Source of the DNA: Candidatus Multivorans sp.
GTDB taxonomy: Bacteria > Acidobacteriota > Thermoanaerobaculia > Multivoradales > Multivoraceae
Direction: 5' to 3'
Assembly: GCA_965247095.1 (NCBI GenBank)
Contig: OZ251997.1
Location: 288,001 to 352,000, forward strand
DNA length: 64,000 nt
The position numbers and the translations under genes were made by a program. Under the pieces are notes generated by a model that was not told the origin of the DNA, ran no database searches, and saw nothing but the letters and a program-made list of their open reading frames with translations. Positions within the stretch are counted from its first letter, which is position 1. The number at the start of each line of letters is the position of its first letter. Shown one piece after another: positions 39,242 through 49,318 of the stretch.

Positions 39242-40996
39242 TTAGTCGGGTGAATCCGGTTCCTCGACTTCAGAAGGACGGAGTAGCTTCTCCGGTGTGG
39301 CCGCGTCGCCCGGTTCGAGCCCCCGGTCCGCGGAAGCTTGACGGTTCAGACCCATCAGTGCCGAGATGTTCTGGATGTCTTCGTTGGAGCGAATCGGCGC
39401 GATGTCGCTTCGGCTGTCCAAGAAGTTGCGCAGCTCGCGGAGGATCGACGCCGCCTCCTCCGGCGCCGGGCCGAAGGCCAGCAAGTAACGAGGGGTGTCG
39501 AAAGTCCTTGGCCCATGACCAACGAAGGTCGAAGTGACCGCCCGTGCGACGATCAAGAGAGGCGTCAGACTGGATCGCACGATATAGTTCTCCGAGGACA
39601 CTGAGTCGAGGATCGCCTTTCCGACTGAGACCTTGGATTCGCTGTAGGTACCGTCACAGCGGAGCAACACAATGAGAGAATCGAACAGAATCTCGCACCA
39701 GAAATGATGAGCGATCTGCACTATCGTTGTGCCGAAGACCCACAGCACGACGGCGTAGAGAAGCAACGCCGCTGAGACGTTTGTGGCGGACGTGTCGGCA
39801 AGGCTTCCCGGGAGGAGGTAGACGAGAAAGGCCGCCAAAACGAAAAGCAGTACGCCGGTCCCCGAAGCCAGGGCCTTGAGCCGGTCGTAGTTCCTGTCTG
39901 GGGCTGCCTCGAGTTGGATGGGCTGTACTTCTTGGATGATGCGCCCGCTGAAGGCGCCCTTGTTGTCGCTGCCTTCCTCCATCAGTCCGGAATCCCAATC
40001 GGTATAGATCCGGTTGGGAGCCTCCTTGTGCCGGCGCCGCTTCATCACAATGCTGTCGAGATGCGTGAAGAGACTCCTAGGGTGGACGGACTCCTGCCAT
40101 TCTGCTTTGAATTCCGAAACTTCCGTGGGTGGGTAGGCGCCGATCTCACTGCGTTTCCGAAGCAGCAGGCCGAGCAGCGCGGCGGTGAGGGCGAGGAGGA
40201 CCAGAAGAGCCAGGAAGAGGCGGGGAAACGAAACGCCCAGCGGAGATGGCGAGAGCAAGTCCATCGTGGCGAAGACGATGGCGGGAAGGGTCAGGAGTGG
40301 AATCAGTAGGGAAAGTCTGCTGCTCTTCCAGTCTCCGAGAGGCAGTCCTTTTAGGGGGCGCAGACGAAGAGCGGCCAGTAACATGACAAGGCAGCCGCTG
40401 AAGAACACGGCGGCCCGGTCCGAGACCCAGGCGGAGCTGTCTGCCAGGATGCCTGAGAAACCGAGGAACCAGAGCAGGCCGTAGGCCATGGCGGCGGTCC
40501 CCACGAGCAAGATCAGTTTGAGCACGTAGTCGGCAACGGCGCGGTAGGGAGGAGGAAGGAACAGGAGCTGAGGGAAGACCGTATGGGCCAGGTGGCGAAG
40601 CCATTTGGACGGTGCGCGGTAAGTGATGTTCTTCCGTCCCACCAGCATCTCTTCAATCTGTTTGGCCTTGTACGTTGCCTGACCTGGAGGACCTTGAGGT
40701 TCGCCCTTAGTGAGGTTGGGTGCCAGATCTGCAGGAGCGTTCCTGCCAACGTAGAAGCGGAACACCTGGACTGCGCCGCGGCCTGCGAGCACGAGGCCCG
40801 CGGTGCTGAGGAGGACGGCGAAGAGCAGTTGTAGAGTGGCTTGCTGGCGGCCGCCGTCGTCCACCAGATCGGGAACTCGAAGGAACGACAGGACGCCCAT
40901 GCCGGCGACGAGGAGTCCGCCGGCAATCCGTATCCGGCCCTCGATGAAGTAAGGGTTCCGTATAGCGAAGTCGCTTGAACCGTACTCGAAGGTCAT
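39242..40996 (-). CDS. Hypothetical multi-pass membrane protein
   Basis: Long ORF with about 8 hydrophobic segments; start MTFEYGS inferred; visibly more A/T-rich than its neighbours. Confidence 0.8.
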   Translation of the reverse strand: MTFEYGSSDFAIRNPYFIEGRIRIAGGLLVAGMGVLSFLRVPDLVDDGGRQQATLQLLFAVLLSTAGLVLAGRGAVQVFRFYVGRNAPADLAPNLTKGEPQGPPGQATYKAKQIEEMLVGRKNITYRAPSKWLRHLAHTVFPQLLFLPPPYRAVADYVLKLILLVGTAAMAYGLLWFLGFSGILADSSAWVSDRAAVFFSGCLVMLLAALRLRPLKGLPLGDWKSSRLSLLIPLLTLPAIVFATMDLLSPSPLGVSFPRLFLALLVLLALTAALLGLLLRKRSEIGAYPPTEVSEFKAEWQESVHPRSLFTHLDSIVMKRRRHKEAPNRIYTDWDSGLMEEGSDNKGAFSGRIIQEVQPIQLEAAPDRNYDRLKALASGTGVLLFVLAAFLVYLLPGSLADTSATNVSAALLLYAVVLWVFGTTIVQIAHHFWCEILFDSLIVLLRCDGTYSESKVSVGKAILDSVSSENYIVRSSLTPLLIVARAVTSTFVGHGPRTFDTPRYLLAFGPAPEEAASILRELRNFLDSRSDIAPIRSNEDIQNISALMGLNRQASADRGLEPGDAATPEKLLRPSEVEEPDSPD

Positions 40997-41167
40997 ACCT
41001 GCGCCTTTCTGTCGTCCCAGTGTTGCGAGCCTGTTCATGATAGCGGCGGTGATAGTCCGTTTCGCGGAAGGCCCAGCCGCATCGTCGGCGAAGGGCGGGC
41101 GGTCCGGTCTGATCAGATTCCCATCCAGTATCGTGGAGGCAGTGGACGCGATCACAAGTGCCGGGGC

Positions 41168-42187
41168 ATGGACATGAGTTCACCGATGAGCGTCTTCTGG
41201 AATCCGCGGTGCGACGGGCACACCGTGCCGCCGCGGTTCCCGGAGCGGCCGGAGCGCGTTCAGCTGGCCCTGCCGTACCTGGAAGAGCGGGGCTGGGATC
41301 TGGTGGACACCGGCACGAACGGAGCGACGGGCGGGATGGCCGGGCAGGCCCGGCGGCTCGCCGCACAGGTCCACGACCCGGAGTACATCGAGCGGATGGA
41401 GGCCGCCGTGGCAGAGGTCGCCGCGTCGGCGGCGGAGGGGAACTTCCCGCGACGACCGACTCCGATGCTCGACACGAACGACAACCCGCTGTCGCCGGGA
41501 ACGGCCGACGCCGCCCGGGGCGCGGTCGATGCCGTGCTCGCGGCCGGCGACCACGTGATGCTCGGCGCCGGCCACCGTGCGATGACCGTGACCCGGCCGC
41601 CGGGACACCACTGCGAGCGGGACCGGGCCATGGGCTTCTGCTACCTGAACCAGATCGCGATCCTGGCCCAGGGCCTGATCGAGGTGTACGGCGTGGAGCG
41701 GGTGGCAGTCCTCGACTTCGATGTCCACCACGGCAACGGCACCCAGCACCTGTTCGACCATCGTTCCGATGTCGCCTATCTCAGCGTCCACCAGTACCCG
41801 TTCTATCCAGGCACGGGCGCCGCCAACGAGCGGGGCGTCGGCGCCGGTGAGGGCACGACGGTCAACGCCCCGCTGCCGGCGGGGAGTGGCGACGGCGTCT
41901 ACCGGGAGGTCATGGGTGACCTCCTGCTGCCGGCGGTGCGGTCGTTCCGCCCCGACGTGCTGCTTGTCTCGGCCGGTTTCGATGCCTGGCGGAACGACCC
42001 GATCGCGGGCATGGAGTTGACGGAGAAGAGCTTCCATCGGTTCGGCGTCGATCTGGCCGACCTTGCCGAGGACGTGTGCGAGGGTCGGCTCGTTTCCGTT
42101 CTGGAGGGTGGCTACGACACCGCCGCGCTGCCCGGCCTGATCGATGTCTATCTGACGGGCACGGTCGGGATGGCGCGGAGCGGGTAG
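41168..42187 (+). CDS. Histone deacetylase family amidohydrolase
   Basis: PERPER, RPPGHH, MGFCYLN, DFDVHHGNGTQ, SAGFDA, LEGGY. Confidence 0.94.
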   Translation: MDMSSPMSVFWNPRCDGHTVPPRFPERPERVQLALPYLEERGWDLVDTGTNGATGGMAGQARRLAAQVHDPEYIERMEAAVAEVAASAAEGNFPRRPTPMLDTNDNPLSPGTADAARGAVDAVLAAGDHVMLGAGHRAMTVTRPPGHHCERDRAMGFCYLNQIAILAQGLIEVYGVERVAVLDFDVHHGNGTQHLFDHRSDVAYLSVHQYPFYPGTGAANERGVGAGEGTTVNAPLPAGSGDGVYREVMGDLLLPAVRSFRPDVLLVSAGFDAWRNDPIAGMELTEKSFHRFGVDLADLAEDVCEGRLVSVLEGGYDTAALPGLIDVYLTGTVGMARSG

Positions 42188-42375
42188 CCCGAAGTGCCGG
42201 ACCGGAATCTTGGTGCGGGCGGCGCGTTGTAGCATGGTGAAGATTCGATGAGGGTGGCCGGTCGAGCCTACGGGCGTTTCGCCGGTCGAAACCGCATCGA
42301 GCGGGAAGCCGCGAGGAGCGGCCGGGCCTCGTTGCCGGACCACCCAGGGGAACAACCAGGAGGAGGCAAACGAAG

Positions 42376-42780
42376 TTGAGATCGAGTCCCAGTTTTCCCG
42401 TCAGGATCCGTACTCAGGGCATCCGACTGAGCGATGATCTGAAGCGCACGATCGAGTTCGAGGCCCAGGGCCTGGAGCGGTTCAACTCGCGGATCGTCGA
42501 CTGTGAAGTGGCGGTTACCGGCCCAAGCGGGAACCGCCGCAACGGGTCGTCATTCGATGTCGTGGTCAAGGTCGCGCTGCCGGGGCCGGACGTGGTCGTC
42601 CACCGGTCGGCCGCCGCATCGATTCCGATCGCCATCAACCAGACATTCGCCACCGCCCGTCGCCGGGTGAAGCGTCAGGCCCACCTGCGGCGCAGGCGAA
42701 TGCCGCTGGGGCGGACTTCGGGGGTCGGTAGCCGGGGTCGGCCGCGGAACCGGAACGGCAGCGGGCGGATGCGCGCCTAG
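42376..42780 (+). CDS. HPF/RaiA-family ribosome-associated protein
   Basis: LERFNSRIVDCEVAV, VKVALPGPDVVV, AINQTFATARRRVK; AGGAGG RBS before TTG. Confidence 0.7.
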   Translation: MRSSPSFPVRIRTQGIRLSDDLKRTIEFEAQGLERFNSRIVDCEVAVTGPSGNRRNGSSFDVVVKVALPGPDVVVHRSAAASIPIAINQTFATARRRVKRQAHLRRRRMPLGRTSGVGSRGRPRNRNGSGRMRA

Positions 42781-42783
42781 TCC

Positions 42784-44082
42784 CTAGTCGGCGGAGGCGC
42801 CGAAGACGCCGTCGAGCACGGCGCGCACCCGAGGCAGCAGGGGATAGGTGTCCGGGTCGGACTCGGCCGCGGTGTAACCCACCCAGACGGCGACGACATC
42901 GCGGTCCGGGTTGACGAGCAGGCCTTGGCCGGCCCAGCCGCCTTTGTAGATGTCGTGGTTCGTGAACACGAGATCCCACTGGTAGACATTGTGCTTGATA
43001 TCAGGCGCTCTGCCGCCGAAACGGGCGTTCTCCAGCAGCTCCGGGCGACCGCCGTAGAGCAGGGTCTGGACGTGCTCCTCCGGCACGATCCGTTGCTGCG
43101 AGACCTTCGCGTAGCTGGGCGTGAACAGGAGGCCGAATCGTGCCATGTCCCTCGGGCGCGCCAGCATGCCGCCTGAAGTCAGCGGAATACCGTAGCGCCC
43201 GGCGTAGATCGAGGCGTCGGCCTCGGCGCCGATACGGGTCCAGATTCCGCGGCTCAGGGCGTCCTGGAAGGGCATGCCGGTGACTTCCTCGACCAGCCAG
43301 CCGAGCACGAACGTGTTGGTCCCCGAGTAGTCGAAGCCCTTGCCCTGCTTGGTCCAAGTGCCGACGTTCAGGTTCGAGAGCATCGTGTACGGGTCGTCAG
43401 GCGTTCGCTTGCTCCGCACCCCGTCGCCGAGCGAGGCTTCGAACTGGTAGTAGCAAGTGCTGCGGTCGCTGTAGTCGCCGTCGGGGCAGTCGACGCCCGA
43501 GGCCATGTCGAGCACGTTGCGGACGGTGACGCCCTCGAAGTCCGATCCCCTGAGCGCGGGCACGTAGCGGTCGACCGGTTTGGCCGTATCGACCAGCCCG
43601 CGGTGTTCGAGGATCGCCACCAGCGTCGCCGGCAGGACCTTCGTCACCGACCACCAGATCGGCTTCTCGTGCGGTTGCATCCGGGGATAGCGCTCGAAGA
43701 CGACCTCGCCCCGGTGGAGGATGACGATGCCCATCGTGGTCGAGTGTTCGCCTTGCAGGTACGCGTCGAAGCTCACTTCGCCTGACGGCGTCGCGACCGG
43801 AAAATCGGCGATCTCGGCCATCGGCCGCACCGTCAGCTCGCTGACCGGCCCGTCGCGATAGACGTTGACCGAGGGCACGATCTGGTGGAGGTTCCGGTTG
43901 CGCCAGGCCATCGCCTCGCCGGTCTCGGTCCACCAGACCTCTTCGGCCGGGTCGGGCAGAGCGCGGTGCTGGCGCAGGTTCTCCTCGATCATCCAGGTCG
44001 GTTGGAAGGTCGGGGCGGTGTTCTGGGCGCAGGCGGCAGCGGCGACGACGAGCGGGAGCGGCAGGAGGAGGCTTCGTTTCAT
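42784..44082 (-). CDS. Serine hydrolase, beta-lactamase family (NylB-like)
   Basis: SxxK (WSVTK), TVRNVLDMASG, FDYSGTNT, RDMARFG, KGGWAGQ. Confidence 0.9.
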   Translation of the reverse strand: MKRSLLLPLPLVVAAAACAQNTAPTFQPTWMIEENLRQHRALPDPAEEVWWTETGEAMAWRNRNLHQIVPSVNVYRDGPVSELTVRPMAEIADFPVATPSGEVSFDAYLQGEHSTTMGIVILHRGEVVFERYPRMQPHEKPIWWSVTKVLPATLVAILEHRGLVDTAKPVDRYVPALRGSDFEGVTVRNVLDMASGVDCPDGDYSDRSTCYYQFEASLGDGVRSKRTPDDPYTMLSNLNVGTWTKQGKGFDYSGTNTFVLGWLVEEVTGMPFQDALSRGIWTRIGAEADASIYAGRYGIPLTSGGMLARPRDMARFGLLFTPSYAKVSQQRIVPEEHVQTLLYGGRPELLENARFGGRAPDIKHNVYQWDLVFTNHDIYKGGWAGQGLLVNPDRDVVAVWVGYTAAESDPDTYPLLPRVRAVLDGVFGASAD

Positions 44083-44128
44083 GGCCGCAGGCTAGCCGAA
44101 GACCGGGGACCGCTCAGCCCTCGAGTTC

Positions 44129-47100
44129 TCAGTCGAGCGAGCCCAGGTATTGCCAGATCGCATCGAACTGCCGCTCGGCCTCGCCGTTGAAGACGTCGTA
44201 GAGGCCCGTATGGCCGTCCTCGTCGACGAACTGGGGCATCTTGCTACCCGGCAGGATGCGCTGCGGGTCACGCAGGAAGCGATCGAAGTACTCGCGTCTC
44301 AGGCGCCGGCGGACGAGGGCGAAGTTGATCGTCTCTTCGGAACCTTCGCCGCCGAGTGCCGGCTCGTCGCCGAGGGCGTGGCAGGAGTGGCAGCCCAGGC
44401 GGTCGCCCCGGATCAAGTCCCTGCCGATCGCCGCCAGCGCCGCGTCAGCCGGCTCAGCGGTCACCGCCGATGCGGGCAGACCGTGCTGATGGTGCAGCCC
44501 GGTGGCCAGAACATTGGCGTGGGAAGCGAAGGCGGGCATCCGCGCGCGCAGATGCGGCCGTGGCCGGTCGACTGTGCGGCCGGCCAGGAAGTCATCGAGC
44601 CAGTCGCTGCGGAGCTTTTCGCCGGCCCAGGTCAGGGCCGGAGGCAGCAGGTCCGGGCCGGACTCGTCCGGGGTTGCGGGTGAAGAGGCGAAATCGTCCT
44701 GGGCCGCCGTGTCGTCGGAAGGATCGGAAGCAACGGCCGGGGCCGACCAGGAAGCGGCGCTGCCGTCGCGGGCGTGGCAGGCGAGGCAGCCGCCGGCAGT
44801 GATCCGGCGCTCGGCGAACTCGGCGGGAATCCCGCGCGTGAGGGACGCCACGTCGTCGGCGAGGAACCGTTCGATCGAAGCGGTCTCGGCGACATCGAAG
44901 TCGTAGCGCGGATGATTGGTGTCGGCGCTTCCGGTGCCGATCCAGGGCAGGGCGGCAGCGGCAAGCCCGCTCATCGGGGCGGCGGGCGCGGGAGGGTCGT
45001 CGTCTCCGAGCGAGTGACAGCTTCGGCAGCGGAGTTCCTCGACCAGGCGCCGGCCTCGATCCGGGTCGCCCCGGATGGGCGGGGGGGTTGTGGTTGGGGC
45101 GGTCTCGACGGGCGTGGCGGCGCCTTCGCTTGCCGGTGCGAGCAGGTACGCGGCCAGGGCGCCGGCTTCCGCCGGCTCGAGTGCGATCCGTGGCATCCGG
45201 CCCCACGGATCGGCGGCGGCCGGGTCGAGCAGGTACGCGGTCAGAGCATGCGGCTGCCACTTGTCCCGGATTCGCAACACGGGAAGCTCATCGCCGTGGC
45301 ATGCCGCGCAGCCGATCTCGTTGTACAGGCGGCGGCCGTCGGCGACAGCGCCGTCCAGCGGGCCTGGCCCGGCTTGGCGCTCCTGATCGTCGGCGTTGAC
45401 GGTCATCAGATACGCGGCGAGGTCGGCGGCTTGTCGGCGCGCTTCGACGGCGTCGGTCGAGAGCAGTCGCGGCATGCGGGCCTGTGGTCGAACCGAGCCC
45501 GGGTCGAGCAACCAGCGCTCGATCCACTGCCGGCGCAGGCGCGAACCGATGCCGCCTAAGTCTGGCGCCGTAGCGGCGAGTTCGGGCATGGCGTCCGACA
45601 GCGCATCCGGCGTGCCAGCAGCCGGATGGCAACGGATGCACAGCGCGTCTGCGACCAGGTCGCGGGCCGCGCGGCGTGCGGCGCCGTGGTCGAGTTCCGC
45701 CGAAGAGGGCCGCCGCAGGGACTCCGGCGGCAAGGGTTCCTCCGGCAGGTAGTCGTTGCTCCAGCTCAGGCGAAGGGAGGCGTCGCCGCGTGCCGGGCTG
45801 CGGTAGACGAGTTGGATCGGGTTGAGGCCCTTGTTCAGCCGCACCTCGCCGTTGGTCGATACCGGAGCGCCGCCGGCGGGCAGATTCTCCGAATCAACGA
45901 CGACCTCGCCGCCGATGCTCAGCCGAACGGCGCCCGAGCCGCGCACGGTGAACCGGTACCAGTCGTTCAGGTCGAGCTCGACTGCGCCGCGGAAGGTGGC
46001 CTCGAACGGGCCGGCGTCGATGAAGGGGCTGGCGGCCTGACCCGCGGGAACGTAGAGCGCGGCCAGACGCGCGACGCGAACGTCCGTGGCGTCGCTCTCT
46101 TGCGACCGGAGCGCAAGCTCGAGGCCGGGATGCTCGAAGCCTTCAGCTTCGGGTTGTGCGGCGACGACGCCCGCGAGGATCTCTCTGCCGGCGCGGGATC
46201 CGAGTTCGTGAATCGTGCCGTGGATGAACTCGCGCATCCGCTCGCCGTCGGCACTTCGGAGGTTCATCTCCAGGTGGTATTGCTGCACCGGGAGGATGTC
46301 CGGGATCTCGACGAAGACCGAGCGCCCGTCGGCGGAGAGGGTTGCCGACGGAATCGCGAGAACGTCTTCGCCCGCGCCCTCGCCGAGCACCCGGTAGTCC
46401 TCGGAGCCGTAGCTCGCCTGACGCAGGTACTGCCAGATCCGTATCGAGTAGTTCCCGGGGTCGGTGGCGACGGCCGGGTCGAGCGCCGTGGTGAAGCGGA
46501 CCACGATGCCGTCGGGCGCGGTCTCGTAGGCCGCCGGGATGCGCAGCGGCTCGTCGGTTCGCCGCACGCGGTAGAAGCCGCCGGACTGGGTCCGGTCGCC
46601 TGCCCAGGCGAACAGACCGCAGACGTAGAGGTGGTCGTCGGCGGGGTTGAAGCGGCCCCGGATCAGGCCGGTCGGCGCTGCCACGACGGGGAGTTCGACC
46701 ACTGCCGCCTGGCGAGGCGGGCCGTCGTTGCCGGCGAAAGCCTGGTCGAAGAGCACCGAGAACATCTTGCCGTTGCCGTAGGACAGGTAGATCAGCGATT
46801 CGTCGAGTTCGCCCCAGCGTTCGCTCCGGATCCGCACCGGCGCCGACGGCGAGCGGTCGACGTCGTGGTGGATCCACGTCACGGGTTGAACGAAGTCGTC
46901 CGGGTCGCGGTCGGGCTCGCGCCAGGCCCGCATGTAGCCGTGGAAGGTCCCCGGCTCGACCCAGTTGATCCGGTTCTCGGGCGTCCAGTGCCCCTCCTGG
47001 TCGGTGACGATCACGCTCCCGTCGGGATTGACCACCAGCCCGTTCGGCGCCCGGAAGCCGTTGGCGATGATCTCGGTGGAGGCGCCGTCGGCGGAGACCT

Positions 47101-48544
47101 TGAGGATCGTGCCGTGCTGGGGCACGCGGGCGTCGAAGTCGTGCCCCGTGCCCTTGGCGTAGTAGAAGTTGCCTTCGGCGTCCGTTTCCAGGCCGACGGA
47201 GAACTCGTGGAAGTGGGCGGAGGCCTGGGCGTCGTGGTTGAACGCCTCGTAGTGGTCGGCCTCGCCGTCGCCGTTCAGGTCGTGGAGGCGGGTGATCTGG
47301 TCGCGGGAGGTGACGAAGATCTCGCCATCCCTGGTGTTCACGCCGAGCGGCTCGTACATCCCGGTGGCGAAACGTTTCCAGGTGACCGACAAGGTCTCGT
47401 CGCCGGCCAGACCGTCGCCGCCCAGGCCGTCGACGATCCAGACATCGCCCATCCAGGTCGCGACCACGGCGCGCCGGCCGCCGTCCAGGAAGTCGAAGCC
47501 GCCCAGCCGCATCCAGGATCGGTAGGGGTTGTCGAGCGGCGTGGTGATCGCCTCGAGCGCGAAGGGGCCGCTGCGGCGGCCGAGGACGCGGCTTTCGGTC
47601 GTTACGGTCACGGTCCAGTGGGCGGGGCCGCCGTGGGTCAACGCGTCGAGATCGGCGGCCCGCGGGGACTGTCTGGCCCGCGCCAGGAAGCCGGAGTTCG
47701 ACCTGCCGCGCTGCCCGATCACGACCTTGAACCGGACCGGCTCGGCGCCGGCCGGCACGCGCAGCCGCAGGTGGTTGCTGTCGTCAATCTCCCACCGGGC
47801 GCCGTCCGGCGCGCCGAGCATTGCGGCGACCAGCGGGCCGCTTCGCTCGGCGACGGTGGGCTGCGACGAGCGTGGCGTTCGGAAACCGGCGGCGTTGCCC
47901 TCGGCCCAGGCATTGCCTCCCTCCTGGTACGCCACCTGGATCAGGAGGTCCGTGTTCCGCGGCCCGATGTTGAGAGTGCGGCTGAAGGCGCCGAAGCCGT
48001 CGGACGCTCCGAGTTCCAGCACGTCAGCGCCGCCCACGCGGTAGCTCAGCACGACTTGGGAACCGTGGAGATAGTGCCCGAGCCAGCGCGCGACGGCACG
48101 TTCCTGCGGCCCGAAGCGGCGTCCGCCGCGGCCCACGATGCGGGTATCCCCTAAGTCGTCGCCCGCTCTCGACCAGCCCGGTGCGTCCGGATTCGTGAAC
48201 ACGATGTCGCCCACGATCGCCGGCTCGATCTCGTGCCGACCGTTGTAGTTGATCGAGTTCCAGTCCATGAAGCCGGACCCGGTCCAGCCCGCGGCCCAGC
48301 GCAGGGTGTCGGTGTCGAAGAGCAGGAACTCCGTGCCCTTGGCCACGCCGCCGGGACCCTCGTCGACCCGGATGGCTATGCCCTTGTTCGCGTTGTTGCC
48401 CGGCTCGACGATGTAGGAGTGGACCTTGAACGGCCCGTAGTCCATGTCGGACCAGGGGTCGCCGGTCAGCTCCTGGGCGCTGGTGATGCCGGCGAGCAGA
48501 ATGGCGGCTGCAATCGGCAGAACGACAGCGGTCAGATGTCGCAT
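44129..48544 (-). CDS. Large exported protein: propeller region, PA14-like domain and five c-type heme motifs
   Basis: CIRCH, CAACH, CRSCH, CLACH, CHSCH; RLHDLNGDGEAD, NGFRAPNG, DQEGHW; signal peptide from ATG 48544. Confidence 0.88.
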   Translation of the reverse strand: MRHLTAVVLPIAAAILLAGITSAQELTGDPWSDMDYGPFKVHSYIVEPGNNANKGIAIRVDEGPGGVAKGTEFLLFDTDTLRWAAGWTGSGFMDWNSINYNGRHEIEPAIVGDIVFTNPDAPGWSRAGDDLGDTRIVGRGGRRFGPQERAVARWLGHYLHGSQVVLSYRVGGADVLELGASDGFGAFSRTLNIGPRNTDLLIQVAYQEGGNAWAEGNAAGFRTPRSSQPTVAERSGPLVAAMLGAPDGARWEIDDSNHLRLRVPAGAEPVRFKVVIGQRGRSNSGFLARARQSPRAADLDALTHGGPAHWTVTVTTESRVLGRRSGPFALEAITTPLDNPYRSWMRLGGFDFLDGGRRAVVATWMGDVWIVDGLGGDGLAGDETLSVTWKRFATGMYEPLGVNTRDGEIFVTSRDQITRLHDLNGDGEADHYEAFNHDAQASAHFHEFSVGLETDAEGNFYYAKGTGHDFDARVPQHGTILKVSADGASTEIIANGFRAPNGLVVNPDGSVIVTDQEGHWTPENRINWVEPGTFHGYMRAWREPDRDPDDFVQPVTWIHHDVDRSPSAPVRIRSERWGELDESLIYLSYGNGKMFSVLFDQAFAGNDGPPRQAAVVELPVVAAPTGLIRGRFNPADDHLYVCGLFAWAGDRTQSGGFYRVRRTDEPLRIPAAYETAPDGIVVRFTTALDPAVATDPGNYSIRIWQYLRQASYGSEDYRVLGEGAGEDVLAIPSATLSADGRSVFVEIPDILPVQQYHLEMNLRSADGERMREFIHGTIHELGSRAGREILAGVVAAQPEAEGFEHPGLELALRSQESDATDVRVARLAALYVPAGQAASPFIDAGPFEATFRGAVELDLNDWYRFTVRGSGAVRLSIGGEVVVDSENLPAGGAPVSTNGEVRLNKGLNPIQLVYRSPARGDASLRLSWSNDYLPEEPLPPESLRRPSSAELDHGAARRAARDLVADALCIRCHPAAGTPDALSDAMPELAATAPDLGGIGSRLRRQWIERWLLDPGSVRPQARMPRLLSTDAVEARRQAADLAAYLMTVNADDQERQAGPGPLDGAVADGRRLYNEIGCAACHGDELPVLRIRDKWQPHALTAYLLDPAAADPWGRMPRIALEPAEAGALAAYLLAPASEGAATPVETAPTTTPPPIRGDPDRGRRLVEELRCRSCHSLGDDDPPAPAAPMSGLAAAALPWIGTGSADTNHPRYDFDVAETASIERFLADDVASLTRGIPAEFAERRITAGGCLACHARDGSAASWSAPAVASDPSDDTAAQDDFASSPATPDESGPDLLPPALTWAGEKLRSDWLDDFLAGRTVDRPRPHLRARMPAFASHANVLATGLHHQHGLPASAVTAEPADAALAAIGRDLIRGDRLGCHSCHALGDEPALGGEGSEETINFALVRRRLRREYFDRFLRDPQRILPGSKMPQFVDEDGHTGLYDVFNGEAERQFDAIWQYLGSLD

Positions 48545-48618
48545 CGGGCGGAGGATTGTAGCCGGGGGGATTCGAGTGGGGCAGGTATCGGCACCTGGCC
48601 GGGCTGCGCCGCCACGTG

Positions 48619-48999
48619 TCATGTTGCCTTGAGCATCAGGCCCCCGTGTGCCGCGAAGTGGCGGAAGTCCCGGTCTCTTGTCACCAAGGGCAGGTCGTGA
48701 TCCAGACAGGATTGGCAGATCAGCGTGTCCGCCAGGTTGGCTCGCAACCCCCTTGCGAGGACTTGCGATCGCAGCGTCGCCGCGCGTTCCCAGTAGCCGG
48801 GTGCCACCTGCAAGAGCGGAAGCTGCCGGATCAACGCCTTGGTGTCTTCGTCTGCCGTCGGACTGCTGAGAAGCTCGGTCAGGACGACCGGGGGCAGGAC
48901 GGCGATACCGAGGAGCAGTGCCTCCTCAACGGCGTCAACATCAGCTCCTTCTTGACCCTCTAGGTAGGCGATGAGCGAACTGGTGTCGAGCGCGATCAA
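48619..48999 (-). CDS. vapC: PIN-domain toxin (VapC family)
   Basis: IALDTSSLI, VLTELL, LADTLICQSC, LVTRDRDF. Confidence 0.88.
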   Translation of the reverse strand: MIALDTSSLIAYLEGQEGADVDAVEEALLLGIAVLPPVVLTELLSSPTADEDTKALIRQLPLLQVAPGYWERAATLRSQVLARGLRANLADTLICQSCLDHDLPLVTRDRDFRHFAAHGGLMLKAT

Positions 49000-49012
49000 G
49001 GCGTAGCGGCGC

Positions 49013-49234
49013 CTAGTCTTCCCTGAGGCGCTTCAGGTCGAGATCGAAACGGACCCGGCCGCGAAGCGCGCGGAGCTTCTCGTAGGCGTCGCGTGCGGCG
49101 ACGAGGTGAAGGCCTTGGCGAACCGTCTCCGTGATCCCGGAGCCGCTCGCCTCCCGGGCGCGCGCGAGGAGCACATGCGGTACGTGGACGGTGATCTTCT
49201 GCAGAGCCGCGTCGTTACTTGCTGTCTCGGCCAT
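49013..49234 (-). CDS. Putative antitoxin
   Basis: 73 aa, KITVHVP..LL..A...GITETVRQGL, directly upstream of the PIN gene; GCCATA-N6-TATGGC inverted repeat at 49258-49275. Confidence 0.78.
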   Translation of the reverse strand: MAETASNDAALQKITVHVPHVLLARAREASGSGITETVRQGLHLVAARDAYEKLRALRGRVRFDLDLKRLRED

Positions 49235-49318
49235 GGTGCGAACGTACCATACGTGGCGCCATAGTCATTTATGGCATCGTGTTGCCTGTTGACGGAAGCC
49301 GCTGGTGAGGCTACGTTC

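Noticed and set aside
42240-42350. Known raiA motif RNA, tRNA or cobalamin riboswitch
   Set aside because: I cannot see their conserved sequence blocks or a T-loop; kept only as an unassigned candidate structure.
45626-48154. Long antisense or alternate-frame ORFs (also 31874..33913, 51212..53356, 57766..59430, 17313..19331)
   Set aside because: Shadow ORFs of well-supported genes in high-GC DNA, with no recognisable motifs.
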